DNA from: the human T2T-CHM13v2.0 reference genome, Homo sapiens
Length of the DNA stretch: 64,000 nt
Assembly: GCF_009914755.1 (NCBI RefSeq)
Contig: NC_060948.1
Reading direction: 5' to 3' (one strand)
Shown: piece by piece, positions 1 to 19,819 of the stretch
Layout: the number at the start of each line of letters is the position of its first letter
Position numbering within the stretch: the first letter of the stretch is position 1
Position numbers and translations under genes: made by a program
The notes under the pieces: generated by a model
Told to the model about the DNA's origin: nothing
Seen by the model: only the letters and a program-made list of their open reading frames with translations
Databases searched by the model: none

Positions 1-1110
1 ATCTGTTGTCCTGGGAGAGGCTTGGGGACCTGGTGTCCCTGGAGAGGCTTGGGGACCTGGTGACCTTGGAGAGGCTTGGAGACCTGGTGTTCTGGGAGAG
101 GCTTGGGGACCTGGTGTTCTGGGAGAGGCTTGGGGACCTGGTGTCTCTGGAAGAGGCTTGGACACCTGGTGACCCGGGAGGGCCTTGGGGATCTGGTGTC
201 CCGGGAGAGCCTTGGGGACCTGGTGTCCTGGGAGAGGCTTGGGGACCTGGTGACCTTGGAGAGGCTTGGGGACCTGGTGTCCTGAGAGAGCCTTGGGGAT
301 CTGGTGTCCCAGGAGAGGCTTGGGGACCTGGTGTCTCTGGAAGAGGCTTGGACACCTGGTGTCCTGGGGAGAGGCTTGGGGACCTGGTGTCCTGGGAGAG
401 GCTTGGGGACCTGGTGTCCTGGGAGAGGCTTGGAGATCTGGTGAGCCGGGAGAGGCTTGGGGACCTGGTGTCCCGGGAGAGGCTTGGGGACTTGGTGTCC
501 CGGGAGAGGCTTGAACACCTGGTGTCCCAGGAGAGGCTTGGGGACCTGGTGACCTTGGAGAGGCCTGGGGACCTGGTGACCCGGGAGAGCCTTGGGGACC
601 TGGTGTCCTGGGGAGAGCCTTGGGGACCTGGTGACCTTGGAGAGGCTTGGGGACCTGGTGTCTCGGGAGTGCCTTGGGGACCTAGTGACCCGGGAGAGGC
701 TTGGGGACCTGGTGTCCCGGGAGAGGCTTGGGGACCTGGTGTCCTGGGAGAGCCTTGGGGATCTGGTGTCCTGGGGAGAGGCTGGGGGACCTGGTGTCTC
801 GGGAGAGAGCCTTGGGGACCTGGTGACCCGGGAGAGGCTTGGACACCTGGTGTCCCGGGAGAGGCTTGGGGACCTGGTGACCCGGGAGAGCCTTGGGGAC
901 CTGGTGTCCTGGGGAGAGGCTGGGGGACCTGGTGTCTCGGGAGAGAGCCTTGGGGACCTGGTGACCCGGGAGAGGCTTGGACACCTGGTGTCCCGGGAGA
1001 GGCTTGGGAGCCTGGTGTCCCGGGAGAGCCTTGGGGACCAGGTGACCTTGGAGAGGCTTGGGGACCTGGTGATCTTGGAGAGGCTTGGGGACCTGGTGTC
1101 TCGGGAGAGG
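1..1110. repeat. G-rich ~27-bp minisatellite in SHOX intron 5 (unit GGGAGAGGCTTGGGGACCTGGTGTCCT), truncated by the window start
   Basis: Unit visible directly. The 9-aa period (ERLGDLVSW) in the ORF track equals 27 bp. Roughly 40 variant copies. Confidence 0.95.
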
Positions 1111-1439
1111 TTACGGGGGCTGGTTGGGGGAGAGAACGTTGTGAGCCAAAGTCCCTGAATCCCTGCGAAGAGAGCGCATCGGGAGCTCCCCCTGAGGGCG
1201 TTCCATTTGTGGACCCCCCTCCCATGCGCTTTGCAGGGAGCTGTTCGGATTCCCCTGGCCCGGCTCCCGCGGATGCATCCAGTGGCAGCGCCAATTCTGG
1301 GCCAGGGGGAAGGAGGAAAGGCGGGTGTGGGGTGGTCTCCACGGCTGGAGAAGGGGCGACGCTCCCTAGGGGAGAAGAGGCACGTTGGGGGTTTCCGGGG
1401 GCGCGGGGCGGAGCAGGCCCCCCAGTCCCCATCCTGCGC

Positions 1440-1467
1440 CCTCACCCCGCCGGGTCCGCTCCCGCAG
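1440..1467 (+). other. SHOX: Branch point and 3' splice site of SHOX exon 6a
   Basis: CTCAC branch-like motif at 1441-1445, a C-rich tract, and CAG at 1465-1467 directly before GTC (Val). Confidence 0.85.
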
Positions 1468-1713
1468 GTCCAGGCTCAGCTGCAGCTGGAAGGCGTGGCC
1501 CACGCGCACCCGCACCTGCACCCGCACCTGGCGGCGCACGCGCCCTACCTGATGTTCCCCCCGCCGCCCTTCGGGCTGCCCATCGCGTCGCTGGCCGAGT
1601 CCGCCTCGGCCGCCGCCGTGGTCGCCGCCGCCGCCAAAAGCAACAGCAAGAATTCCAGCATCGCCGACCTGCGGCTCAAGGCGCGGAAGCACGCGGAGGC
1701 CCTGGGGCTCTGA
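1468..1713 (+). CDS. SHOX: SHOX terminal exon 6a coding part (last 81 aa of SHOXa): His/Pro-rich region, PPPP, Ala-rich run, OAR motif
   Basis: Translates [81 protein letters not shown], recognised as the SHOX C-terminus. Phase-0 acceptor at 1467. The upstream part of ORF 1207..1713 is intronic. Confidence 0.97.
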   Translation, partial: VQAQLQLEGVAHAHPHLHPHLAAHAPYLMFPPPPFGLPIASLAESASAAAVVAAAAKSNSKNSSIADLRLKARKHAEALGL

Positions 1714-2616
1714 CCCGCCGCGCAGCCCCCCGCGCGCCCGGACTCCCGGGCTCCGCGCACCCCGCCTGCACCGCGCGTCCTGCACTCAACCCCGCCTGGA
1801 GCTCCTTCCGCGGCCACCGTGCTCCGGGCACCCCGGGAGCTCCTGCAAGAGGCCTGAGGAGGGAGGCTCCCGGGACCGTCCACGCACGACCCAGCCAGAC
1901 CCTCGCGGAGATGGTGCAGAAGGCGGAGCGGGTGAGCGGCCGTGCGTCCAGCCCGGGCCTCTCCAAGGCTGCCCGTGCGTCCTGGGACCCTGGAGAAGGG
2001 TAAACCCCCGCCTGGCTGCGTCTTCCTCTGCTATACCCTATGCATGCGGTTAACTACACACGTTTGGAAGATCCTTAGAGTCTATTGAAACTGCAAAGAT
2101 CCCGGAGCTGGTCTCCGATGAAAATGCCATTTCTTCGTTGCCAACGATTTTCTTTACTACCATGCTCCTTCCTTCATCCCGAGAGGCTGCGGAACGGGTG
2201 TGGATTTGAATGTGGACTTCGGAATCCCAGGAGGCAGGGGCCGGGCTCTCCTCCACCGCTCCCCCGGAGCCTCCCAGGCAGCAATAAGGAAATAGTTCTC
2301 TGGCTGAGGCTGAGGACGTGAACCGCGGGCTTTGGAAAGGGAGGGGAGGGAGACCCGAACCTCCCACGTTGGGACTCCCACGTTCCGGGGACCTGAATGA
2401 GGACCGACTTTATAACTTTTCCAGTGTTTGATTCCCAAATTGGGTCTGGTTTTGTTTTGGATTGGTATTTTTTTTTTTTTTTTTTTTTGCTGTGTTACAG
2501 GATTCAGACGCAAAAGACTTGCATAAGAGACGGACGCGTGGTTGCAAGGTGTCATACTGATATGCAGCATTAACTTTACTGACATGGAGTGAAGTGCAAT
2601 ATTATAAATATTATAG

Positions 2617-2622
2617 ATTAAA
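2617..2622 (+). terminator. Possible proximal poly(A) signal ATTAAA
   Basis: ATTAAA in an AT-rich context, but it runs into a genomic A-tract. Confidence 0.3.
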
Positions 2623-2740
2623 AAAAAAATAGCCGTGCACTCTTGACCCCGTCAACGTCCAACGTGGAAAAGGCGTTACCTCTTCTCCCAGCGCTGGCCG
2701 CCTGGCCACTGAGGGCCCTTTGCAAAAATCACGGGTGTAG

Positions 2741-3228
<488 letters not shown>

Positions 3229-4115
3229 CCCCCAGTTTTATAAACAGCAGATAGCAACTTGTCGTCACAGCTGGCATGGGCTGGACAGTTGCTTGAAATG
3301 ACCTAACCAAAAACATTCAAGGGTTCTGCCCCCAGATTTCGGGAGATCCACGTTCCATGTTCTGATTGGTTTTCTGGGAACACAGCAAGGGGTTTGGTGA
3401 CCTCCGAGAAGATCCATCTGCATGATTGGCATTAGTTACCACAGCCTGCCCAGAGAGAAACTATCTTCTCCCAACATTTACTAACATCCACTGGTCAACT
3501 CTCTTATTTCCATAACACATTTGCATCTTTCTGGATTCAAGCTTGGTGGTTTTCTTTCCTAACTTCTGATTTAGATACTTCTCCCTGAGGTGGGGATAAA
3601 AGAAAAAAAAAAACAACTTCTTTTTTTCTTCCGCATAACACTTTCTATCTTGTCACTGAGCTGAACTGTAGATCCATTTGGACCCGTCTCATTTGTATCT
3701 TCTGATATTCTTTATACAAACCAAAAGTCCCCTTCAACATTTTTTATGTCAAAATGTTACAACCGCTGTAAAATGACGGAGAGAGAGAGAAAGAATCCCA
3801 GACATTAACGGTATTAGAGAGTTTGCCTCATTCATCCATTTTTTTTAAAAGCTGGAAATTTAAAAAAAAAGAGAGAGAGAGAGGCTTTAATAGTTAAGCT
3901 GAAATTTTTATCGAAAAGAAGAATTGCATTTTGAATCTTTGGGAAGTAGGTTCATTCATCAGAGTATGTAACCCTTTGGAAAAGTGGTTGGTAAGATATG
4001 TACAGCCCTAGATTTTTTTTTTTTTTAACCAAAAAGGCTGAGTAATTTTGAAAAATCGAAACATAACAGTGTGTCATCATTTCCTCCCAAGAAAAAGCTC
4101 ACTCCACGTGAGTAG

Positions 4116-5513
<1,398 letters not shown>

Positions 5514-5748
5514 TGAATCTGAACTTTTAAAAGGGAGTTACTGACTCTCAACTGTGCGGGGACGGTTTCAGTTTGATTTAATATGGAAAGAGGGCCAAGT
5601 GTCATCCTCACAAATGGGTCCCCGAAGCAGATCAAACGCAGAGAACTGTGAGGGTGGGACACGAGTGTCTGTGGACACTGGCTGCCTTTGGCTTTTCTCC
5701 TGCGAGAGAAGTTGGGTGACTTTCTGTAGGTGGATGAGTGATCCCTGA

Positions 5749-6338
<590 letters not shown>

Positions 6339-7788
6339 CTCTCTCTTTTTCTGAGATGTTTAGGAAGGACTGGGCTGATGGGGACCCTCTGTATGTGATG
6401 TGCGTGGGTTTGGTTTCCCGGAAGGCCCTCCAGAGACACGTTTGCGTGAACATTCAGCATGGAAACAACATACGTCTCTCCACAGGAGGTGAGAAATTGA
6501 ATTTATGGGGTGGGTGTACGCTGGCGATTCTTGGTGCTTTTTGCTCAAAACAAGGTTCTTTTGAAAGTCACGTTCCTGCTTTCCCTGTGGCTTCCCGGTG
6601 AGCTCGCTCGCAGAGCAAGGAATACCACCCAGAGAGCAACGTGGGCTGTGTTCCGTTGTAACGCCGTTGCAGAGAGAGGATTTGGTGTGTGAGATCCGTA
6701 CCAGCTCCAGCACACTGATAGGAACACGTTGCTGGCCGAACTGAACGATGCTGGGTTGGGTCCTGATTGATACGTATTTTCTTCCCTCCTCTCCCCAAAA
6801 CTTGGCCAAATAGTCCGTGGAGGGTTGTCAGTCGCCGCAGTTGAGCAAAAAACACTTCTTCCTTTGAGTGGCTGTTCTGGTGAAATCTGTTTCTGACATA
6901 TCCACTTTTCTCTCTCTTTTCTCTCTCTCTGACTGCGAAGCACCCACAGGGAGAAGGAATTGGATGTATCGGATGTTGCTATTAGATTTTCTTTCTCCGT
7001 TCGAGTCTCTGACTGGTGCATACTTTGCAAAGGTGTGTTCCTGGCAATTGCCAAGAGTTAGAAAAATGCACCTTCTCTGGTGGCCGTTGGGGTGTTGTTT
7101 CACAGGCAGTGGTGACAGGGCCCCTTGGCTGTGGCTGTCTTCTCCAGCGCCGTGGATAAAGAGATGGGACAGATTCTGTGCCTCTGTACGATTTAGAGCG
7201 TAACTGACCGCGTCCAACACCCGTTTTTCCACTTACAAAGCTGGTGGTGCGACGGGCTTGGTGTCTCCCGTACGGGAAGGAGGCCTTTGGGCCGCTCCAA
7301 AGACGCCCTGTCGTAGGAATGGCCTCTCCATCCCGCCAAAGTCCAGCCAGGCCCCCGAAATGGTCCCATTTCCTTGGAAGCCTGAGTTTCTGTTCTGGTC
7401 TTGCTGCTGTCCTTGGCCACGTCAGCACGTGGGAGCATCTGTGGATACCGCAGAGTCTGGGGACAGCTGGGCGTTTAACCGAAATGAAGCCGAGACGGGT
7501 TTCAGGTTTTGGTGCCAAGCTCTGGTCAGGATGAAAGGGAAATACCAGAGTCCTGTGTCCTCACCTCTGGGTTTCATGCTGACCTTTCTAACATTTGTTT
7601 TCCCCTAAGAACAAGCAGAAGCCTCCAGCTCCCTTTAGCTCCACAGTTTTCCCGGGGACATAGCGAGGATGGCACACGGCAGCCACTCCCACGACACACA
7701 TTTCGGAGGCACTTTGCTGGAAGCCGCTTGTCTCCTCCAGCTTTGGGAGGTCTGGGGAGGAGAGAGGCTTTCGGTGGACACGTTTGAC

Positions 7789-7827
<39 letters not shown>

Positions 7828-8568
7828 GGTGCCTAATTTATTAAAGAGAATTAGCTTAGCGAGTATATGCTGATATTCTTCGACACACGTGGGTAAGTTG
7901 ATGCCATTTATAAATGTTTTATTGAAATTTGATATTTAATGAGAAGCCGGTTAAGGAATGTAGACAATATCCCGTTTCAAAGCTATGAAATGTGCTATTT
8001 ATTGAAAGGGGATGTGGCTTCACGAGTTCAGCCCATTGTACGTGCAGGTCCCGTGGGAAGGAGGCAAAAGCCCCTGCTTCTTACTTTGTGATGTATGTGG
8101 ATTTGTTATTTATTTTTTTTTTCCTTGGTCGGACGTTCATAAATATGTACTATTTTAATTATGTCGAGTGTAAATTTGACATCGCGTTGCATTTATTTTT
8201 ATATTTCTGAAAACTGTTGCTTTTTCTTTTTCCCTCCCCCATTGACGACATAGCGGCCCCCGCGTCCGGGTTACAAATACATCTACAGATATTTTCAGGG
8301 ATTGCTTCAGATGAAAACAAATCACACACCGTTTCCCAAACCAACAGTCTTCACATTTCTATCCCTCTGTTATTGTCGGCAGGCGGTGAGGGGTAGAAAA
8401 AAAACAAACAAACAAACAAAAAAAAAACCAAAAAAAACCACCCTGAGTTTCTCTGGTGACGCCCTCATTCTCCTAACGTTCAATAATCTCAATGTTGAGT
8501 TGCAGCAACAGACTGTATTTTTGTGACGCCCCGTAGTATGAATGTACATCTTGTAAAACTGAGATATA

Positions 8569-8574
8569 AATAAA
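8569..8574 (+). terminator. SHOX: Distal poly(A) signal AATAAA, candidate end of the SHOXa long UTR
   Basis: AATAAA preceded by several TGTA motifs at the end of an AU-rich, repeat-free block. Confidence 0.65.
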
Positions 8575-8920
8575 CTTATAAATATTTGTATTCAAGTGTT
8601 AAAAAAAAAAAAATTCTCAACCTCTCCCCTGAGGACAGGCTTATTGGAAAAAAAAAAAAAAAAAAAAAATCCTGAGTCGGCCGTGGCTGAACACAGAGTG
8701 TTGTTCTGCTCCGTGCATTTCCAGGGTGGGTACCCAGTGTTGCCCCCCAGCCTTAGATCGGGAGGTACCATTGACTTTTGCTTGTATCCCATCCCCTTCC
8801 TTTACTGAAACCTACCTCCCCGCTTCTCAGCCAACGTCCCCCCAGAAGGTGGCAAAAAAAACAGAGGAAAAAGCCCTGATTTGAATCAAGTCAGAGCTGC
8901 TAATTCTCCACTTTCTTTAA

Positions 8921-9190
<270 letters not shown>

Positions 9191-9970
9191 CGGTGATGTG
9201 TGTGCTTTTAACTTTTATTTTGTTCCAGTTTTCGACAGTGGCACGGATTTTCCAGCACGGTCTTGCAAGGATGATTGAGTCATTTTTGAGACAAAAAATA
9301 TAATAATAATAAATGGAAAAAGAAATCGACTTTTAAAAATGACAAATTTTTTTTTTTTTTTTTGCATAGATTTTTCTCTCTTTATGTAAAGGAAAGTTCA
9401 TGATTGGATTTGGCCGGCCTGACTGCTTCCCGGCTGTGATAAAAAACACATGTGAGCTGGGAGGGAAGTGGGGGAGGGACACAGCTGCCCACACAGGGTT
9501 CCCACCGCGGTTACAGGGTGGGCAGTGCTGGGGGAGCTTTCTCTGTGGGGGGCTCAGAGCCTGAGGACAGGTGAGCCTCTCCGACACCTCCCCAGTTGCC
9601 TGGAGTCTAAACCGTCCGTTGTCTGTACCGTCCGTTCTTCCTGCTGACTCCTGGTAGTTCCTGAAAGCTTCTCTTGGCCAGAGAAGGGGTTTCAGAGGCC
9701 GTGTGTCCAGGCCATTCTGCAAAGTGCAACTTGACCGTTCCTTTCCTTTTCTGGCCTGCGTGGTCTGAAGCTCAGAGCCCTCTCTTCACCCAGCCTGTGT
9801 GTGTCTTGCCGGACAGAAGAAAAATGGTGCTTTTTGCGTGTTAGCAGAGGTGCTTTTCATGGCTGACCTCAACGCGTCCATCTCCAGCCTTGACCAAGCT
9901 GTTTTTTAGGGGCAAACGCAGGCAAGTTCTGAATGCACACAGTTATTTCATGGTTAAACTATTCAGCTTT

Positions 9971-10300
<330 letters not shown>

Positions 10301-11171
10301 AAAACGTTCAGCTTTGTTCTGCAAATCCACTCCTATTGTTTTACGTGGTTTGAGAGACTCTGTCCCTTAGAAATAGATGTTTGTTGCCAATTGTAATGAA
10401 TCTGTTTCAAAAATGAACAGAATATTCAAATGGTTTGAGAGATCTTTTCCCTTAGAAATAGCTTGTTGCCAATCACAAAGAATGTTTTTCAAAAATGAAT
10501 GGAATCTTCCTGGATATCGCTTCCAGATCTTCATTTTTTTTGCATAGTTCAACCTGAAAAGTAAGTGTCTCAGCCCTGAATTTCTTTCTGATTTTTCCAT
10601 GGGTTGTCTTGCAGACTTCTCTGGACTTGACCACATTTAAAAAAAAAAAAATTAACTTTTTCACACGGACACGGTTTCAATAGGAATGAGATCTTTGAGT
10701 TTTTATGTAACAGATTCTTACCATCAGTTCTCAGATTCCCAAATTACACACAAAAAGCCACGGACTTCGCCTCCTGCTAACATGTCCTTCTGTTTCTGAG
10801 GCTTCTGTTGGTGTTAGACTTTCATGTTTAATAGCAGACAATGTAGGGATTTAAAGAAAAATGCAGAGAAAGCAAAAACACTGACCAAACACACGGAGAT
10901 AAGCTTTCTAAAGCCTTTGTTCTTGGAGTTGTCGTTAAAAAAAAAAAGTTGTTTTAAACTTTGCAAGCATGCCTATATTGAACTCATAAGCAAGAGAGCC
11001 AAGAAAAATAGTGTCGGTCGTCTACTCTACACGTTTTCCCAAAACAGACGTATTTTAATTTCTTTTGTTTGAACTCACAGATGCTGAGAGTTAAAAGTTA
11101 AATTTTTGTCATGAACAATAATGGCCAAAACCACAGTTACTTTTGCACTATAGCATAATAAGAAAAATACA

Positions 11172-11380
11172 GGCTGGGCTCGGTGGCTCACACCTGTAAT
11201 CAAAGCACTTTTGGAGGCGAAACAGCCAGATCCCTTGAGCCCAGGAGATTGAGACCAGCCTGGGCAACATAGCGAGACCCTCATCTCTACAAAAAAGGTT
11301 TGTTACATATGTAACAAACCTGCACATTGTGCACATGTACCCTAAAACTTAAAGTATAATAATAAAAAAATTAAAAAAAA
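11172..11380 (+). mobile_element. Alu monomer followed by a very short L1PA 3' end with poly(A)
   Basis: FLAM-like 11172-11295, then CATATGTAACAAACCTGCACATTGTGCACATGTACCCTAAAACTTAAAGTATAAT (L1PA terminus). Confidence 0.85.
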
Positions 11381-11639
11381 ATTCACCAATCAACTGCCTG
11401 CTGGTGCCTTCAAGAGACTCACCTAACACATAAGGACTTGCATAAACTTATAAAACAATTCAATGGAAGAATCCTTGAAAGTATTCTGAGAAGACAGTAT
11501 AATAAACTGATTTCTAAAAAGGCTATAAAAAATTGAATAAATCATTGTTGGGCATCCTGTGCTGAAATATAATGCAGCCAATAAAAATTACAAAATGAAT
11601 AAACATTTTATAACAATTAAAAAAAGTCAAATAATTAGG

Positions 11640-12399
<760 letters not shown>

Positions 12400-12410
<11 letters not shown>

Positions 12411-12576
12411 AGGAGTTCAAGACCAGCCTCAGCAACAAAGTGAGACCTTTTCTCTCCAAAAAATCAAAAATTTAGCCAGCTGTGGTGGCTCCTGCCCGTG
12501 ATCCCAGTACTGTGGGAGGCTGAGGCAGAATTGCTTGAGCCCAGGAGTTCGAGACCAACCTCAGCAAAAAGGACTC

Positions 12577-12656
<80 letters not shown>

Positions 12657-13589
12657 TTTCAAAAATTGCTGGGTGACCAGCTTATCTACTGGTTTTCCCC
12701 TTGGGAAAGTGAAATTGTCATGTATTGAAGATTTCCAAGGAAGTTGTATTGAATGAGAAACAAACTCAATCTGTTCGTGTTTAAAGAGCTGCAGTGCGTT
12801 TGCTGTGTTTCCCATAAAACTGCACTTCCAAAAGACACGCTGAGAAAGGAGACCAGGATTTGTAATTCAGAAATTGGAAAGCAAGTTAGGCTGGACGTGG
12901 TAGCTCATGCTTGTTGTAATCTCAGCACTCTGGGAGGCTGAGGCAGGAGGATCACTTGAGCCCAGGAGTTCAAGACCAGCCCGTGCCACATGGTGAAACC
13001 CTGTCTCTCCAAAAAATAAAACATTTAGCCAGATGTGGTGACTCATGCCTGTAATCCCGGTATTCTGGGAGGCTGAGGCAGAGTTGCTTGAGCCCAGGAG
13101 TTCAAGACCAGCCTCGGCAACAAAGTGAGACCCTGTCTCTCCAAAAAATAAAACATTTAGCCAGCTGTGGTGACTCATGCCTGTAATCTCAGTACTCTGG
13201 GAGGCTGGGGCAGAATGGCTTGAGCCCAGGAGTTCGAGACCAACCTCAGCAACAAAGTGAGATCTTGTTTCTCCAAAAAATCAAAAATTTAGCCAGCTGT
13301 GCTGGCTCATGCCTGTAATCCCGGTACTCTGGGAGGCTGAGGCAGAATCGTTTGAGCCCAGGAGTTCGAGACCAACCTCAGCAACAAAGTGAGATCTTGT
13401 TTCTCCAAAAAAATCAAAAATTTAGCCAGCTGTGCTGGCTGATGCCTGTAATCCCGGTACTCTGGGAGGCTGAGGCGGAATTGCTTGAGCTCAGGAGTTC
13501 AAGACCAGCCTCAGCAACAAAGTGAGATCTTGTTTCTCCAAAAAATAAAATATTTAGCCAGCTGTGGTGGCTCAAGCGTGTGATCCTAG

Positions 13590-13590
<1 letters not shown>
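12400..13590 (+). repeat. Tandem array of ~132-bp Alu-monomer-derived units, interrupted by a (CT)n(AT)n microsatellite at ~12575-12653
   Basis: GAGCCCAGGAGTTC recurs at ~12405, 12538, 12958, 13090, 13222, 13354 and 13488. Confidence 0.85.
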
Positions 13591-14228
<638 letters not shown>

Positions 14229-14966
14229 TCAGCTTTCTGCCATCTCCACAACCAAGAAAGCAATTCACACAGAAATCAGTGCATCGTGCAGTGACCTCTT
14301 CAGAAAACCAATGAGTTTTCCACCTGAGGAACTGTTTCTGAGCCCCATTCAGAAGAACACATCCCTGTAACTGCAGGGCAGATTTACTCACTGATGCCTG
14401 TTTAAATAAAGCTTCCAGCCTCTGCATGGGGTCTGTCTGGAAGCTCCTGTATCTGTCCCACATTCTTGGAATCACAATGCACCCTTGGGAGGAAGATATG
14501 TATTTAAAGGGAGTGGATGTTATGGTGAGAAAATGCTGCCCATCCTTCTAGAAGACAAAAGCCACACAAAATACATCACAAGAACCAGTTTTTTTCAGAG
14601 AAGAACCTGCACAAAGAACCTGCTCCCCCCACACCCCCACACACAGGTGAATTAACAGGATGTATGTTTTATCATAAAAGCACAGGTTTGTTTCCTATGC
14701 ACTCTCTGAGGATTTGGCCATATGCAAAGATGTACAAAAACCTTCTCTTTCCCCAGGGAACCGTAACCCGTCTGAAAAGATGCCCTTCTCAGAAGCGAGT
14801 TGAACGATTGTTGGAAAAGATAAAATACGACGTGCACACACACAGTAGAGAAATGTCACCCATGCAAATTATGTGTTTGAATGGAACACATTCAGGAAGC
14901 TAAATGGGGTATGACCACACATTTGGGTTGATTTATTTGACGAGTGGAAGGGGCAGATGGAAATGA

Positions 14967-15349
<383 letters not shown>

Positions 15350-15481
15350 CCAGGTGGTCTTTTTAGCGGGTATTAAAGCAGCTTTCTCTCTGAGCCTTAA
15401 ACCATGAAGATAGACAGACTCAGTGTATGGGTTTTAGAGTTGTAATTTTATAAAAATAAGAAAAAGTCGACCTATCATTGA

Positions 15482-17447
<1,966 letters not shown>

Positions 17448-18237
17448 TAGGAAATCAGAAAGTGGGTAGTTTCCGCACTCTGAGGAGAAAAAGAGACGTC
17501 CGGCGAAGAGAAAGGAGAGTGAAAGGATGTCTCCTCTTGTCTGTAGCCTGTTCTCAATCGTGAGTGAGCCAATTGCCAGAAACTGAGGGTGCTTCATTTG
17601 GCCAGGCAAGCTTCTCAACAGAATGTCTAAGTACTTGTTAATGCTGAGAAGCTCTCCAAGCTACTGCACTCCAGCCTGGGTGACAGAGCACGACCTTGTC
17701 TGAAAACAATTAATTAATCAATTAATTAATATAATGAAATCATACTGAACTCAGGAGACCATTGGGGTGGGCAGGGCTGGGGTTGGAAAGGAACATAAAA
17801 TACGGTGCAGTGGACTTTGCTCCAGTCTCCCTCCCCATCTCTTCTCGCCAAGAGTCTCTGGAGGGAGCATGGGGAAGATGCTTTGGGAATCTGTAACTTC
17901 TTGTCTTGTAAACAGAATATCTAAGTAATTGTTAATGCTGAGAAGTTATAGATTTCCAAAGCCTTTCTCCAGGCTACGGACAAGGGTCATGGGTTACTCA
18001 GTGTTACAGAAAGAATGACATGGAGATGTTTGTTACATCTTAAGGAACCATGAGGGGCCAGAGTATTTTACTCTAAGTGTAGATGGTACATTGGCCACGC
18101 CTGTCCCAACACCACCAATGGTGGCACCTAACTTTTGTGTTTGTGCCCCACATTTCTTCTTCTTTTCTGACGTAAATGCAAGTGATATTCCTTGGAAACC
18201 ATGCTGCAGCAAGAGGCCATCTGACTACTAGTGATAC

Positions 18238-18428
18238 CCTGTAGCTCACCTACAGCAGCTCACTTGAAGCAGCTCACCCATAGCTCAGGTATAGCTCACC
18301 TGCAGCGGCTCACCTGTAGCTCACGTGTAGCTCACTTGTAGCAGCTCACTGGTAGCTCACCTGCAGCAGCTCACCTGTACCTCACCTGTACCTCACCTGC
18401 AGCAGCTCACCTGTAGCTCACCTGTACG
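18238..18428. repeat. Short degenerate minisatellite (TAGCTCACCTG / CAGCAGCTCACCTG)
   Basis: 11-14 bp units visible directly. Confidence 0.85.
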
Positions 18429-18444
18429 TGAGCCACCGTACCCG

Positions 18445-19263
<819 letters not shown>

Positions 19264-19819
19264 TCAGGCGTTTGGACGTTGAGGAACGTGAGGCTGAAGG
19301 TCGCCTTCGCCGACCCCCTGAGTTTAGGGTCCTGCCTTTTAAAATCTTCCCAGCACTCTGTTGTTCACGCAAGCGTCCCATCTGTTTGGGTGGCCGTGCC
19401 GTCTGCATCTGTCTCGAACCTTCACAGCTTTGCAGAATATCCTGTTTCTCAATACGGATGGAGAAACACGAGACGCGTTTTCTGGGTTATTTTAGCCGTC
19501 ACGGAGAACCCCAGACTCATGTGTGCTAATGACCTCATTAATGATACTCTGAGGCAGACAGCCCTGCCTGATCTTAACAACATTTTTTAAATTTCTTTTT
19601 TTGTTGTTGTTGTTACAGCATCATTCATATAACGTAGGAAACCGTGATCAGTAGCTTTTAGGATATTTGCAACAGGGTGTAACCATCTGTTAGACTCCAG
19701 AGCGTTTTTATCACGCTGAAAAGAAACCGCAAGCCCATTCCGCCATCAGTCTCAGGTTTCTCCATTTAGCCTGGGCAACCATTAACCTGCTTCCCATCTC
19801 TCTACACCTCTCCTACTCT

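Larger units (their letters stand above)
1200..2010. promoter_or_regulatory. CpG island over SHOX exon 6a
   Basis: Very high GC and CpG density by inspection; not computed. Confidence 0.75.

Noticed and set aside
1468-1713. SHOX2 instead of SHOX
   Set aside because: The peptide ([18 protein letters not shown]...[10 protein letters not shown]), the SHOXb exon and the PAR1-like repeat landscape fit SHOX.
1366-1966. Antisense ORFs over exon 6a
   Set aside because: Stop-poor GC-rich shadow frames with no recognisable protein.
6-2003. 665-aa ORF and overlapping ORFs
   Set aside because: Open only because of the 27-bp VNTR and the GC-rich island. It is out of frame with SHOX exon 6a and has a non-ATG start.
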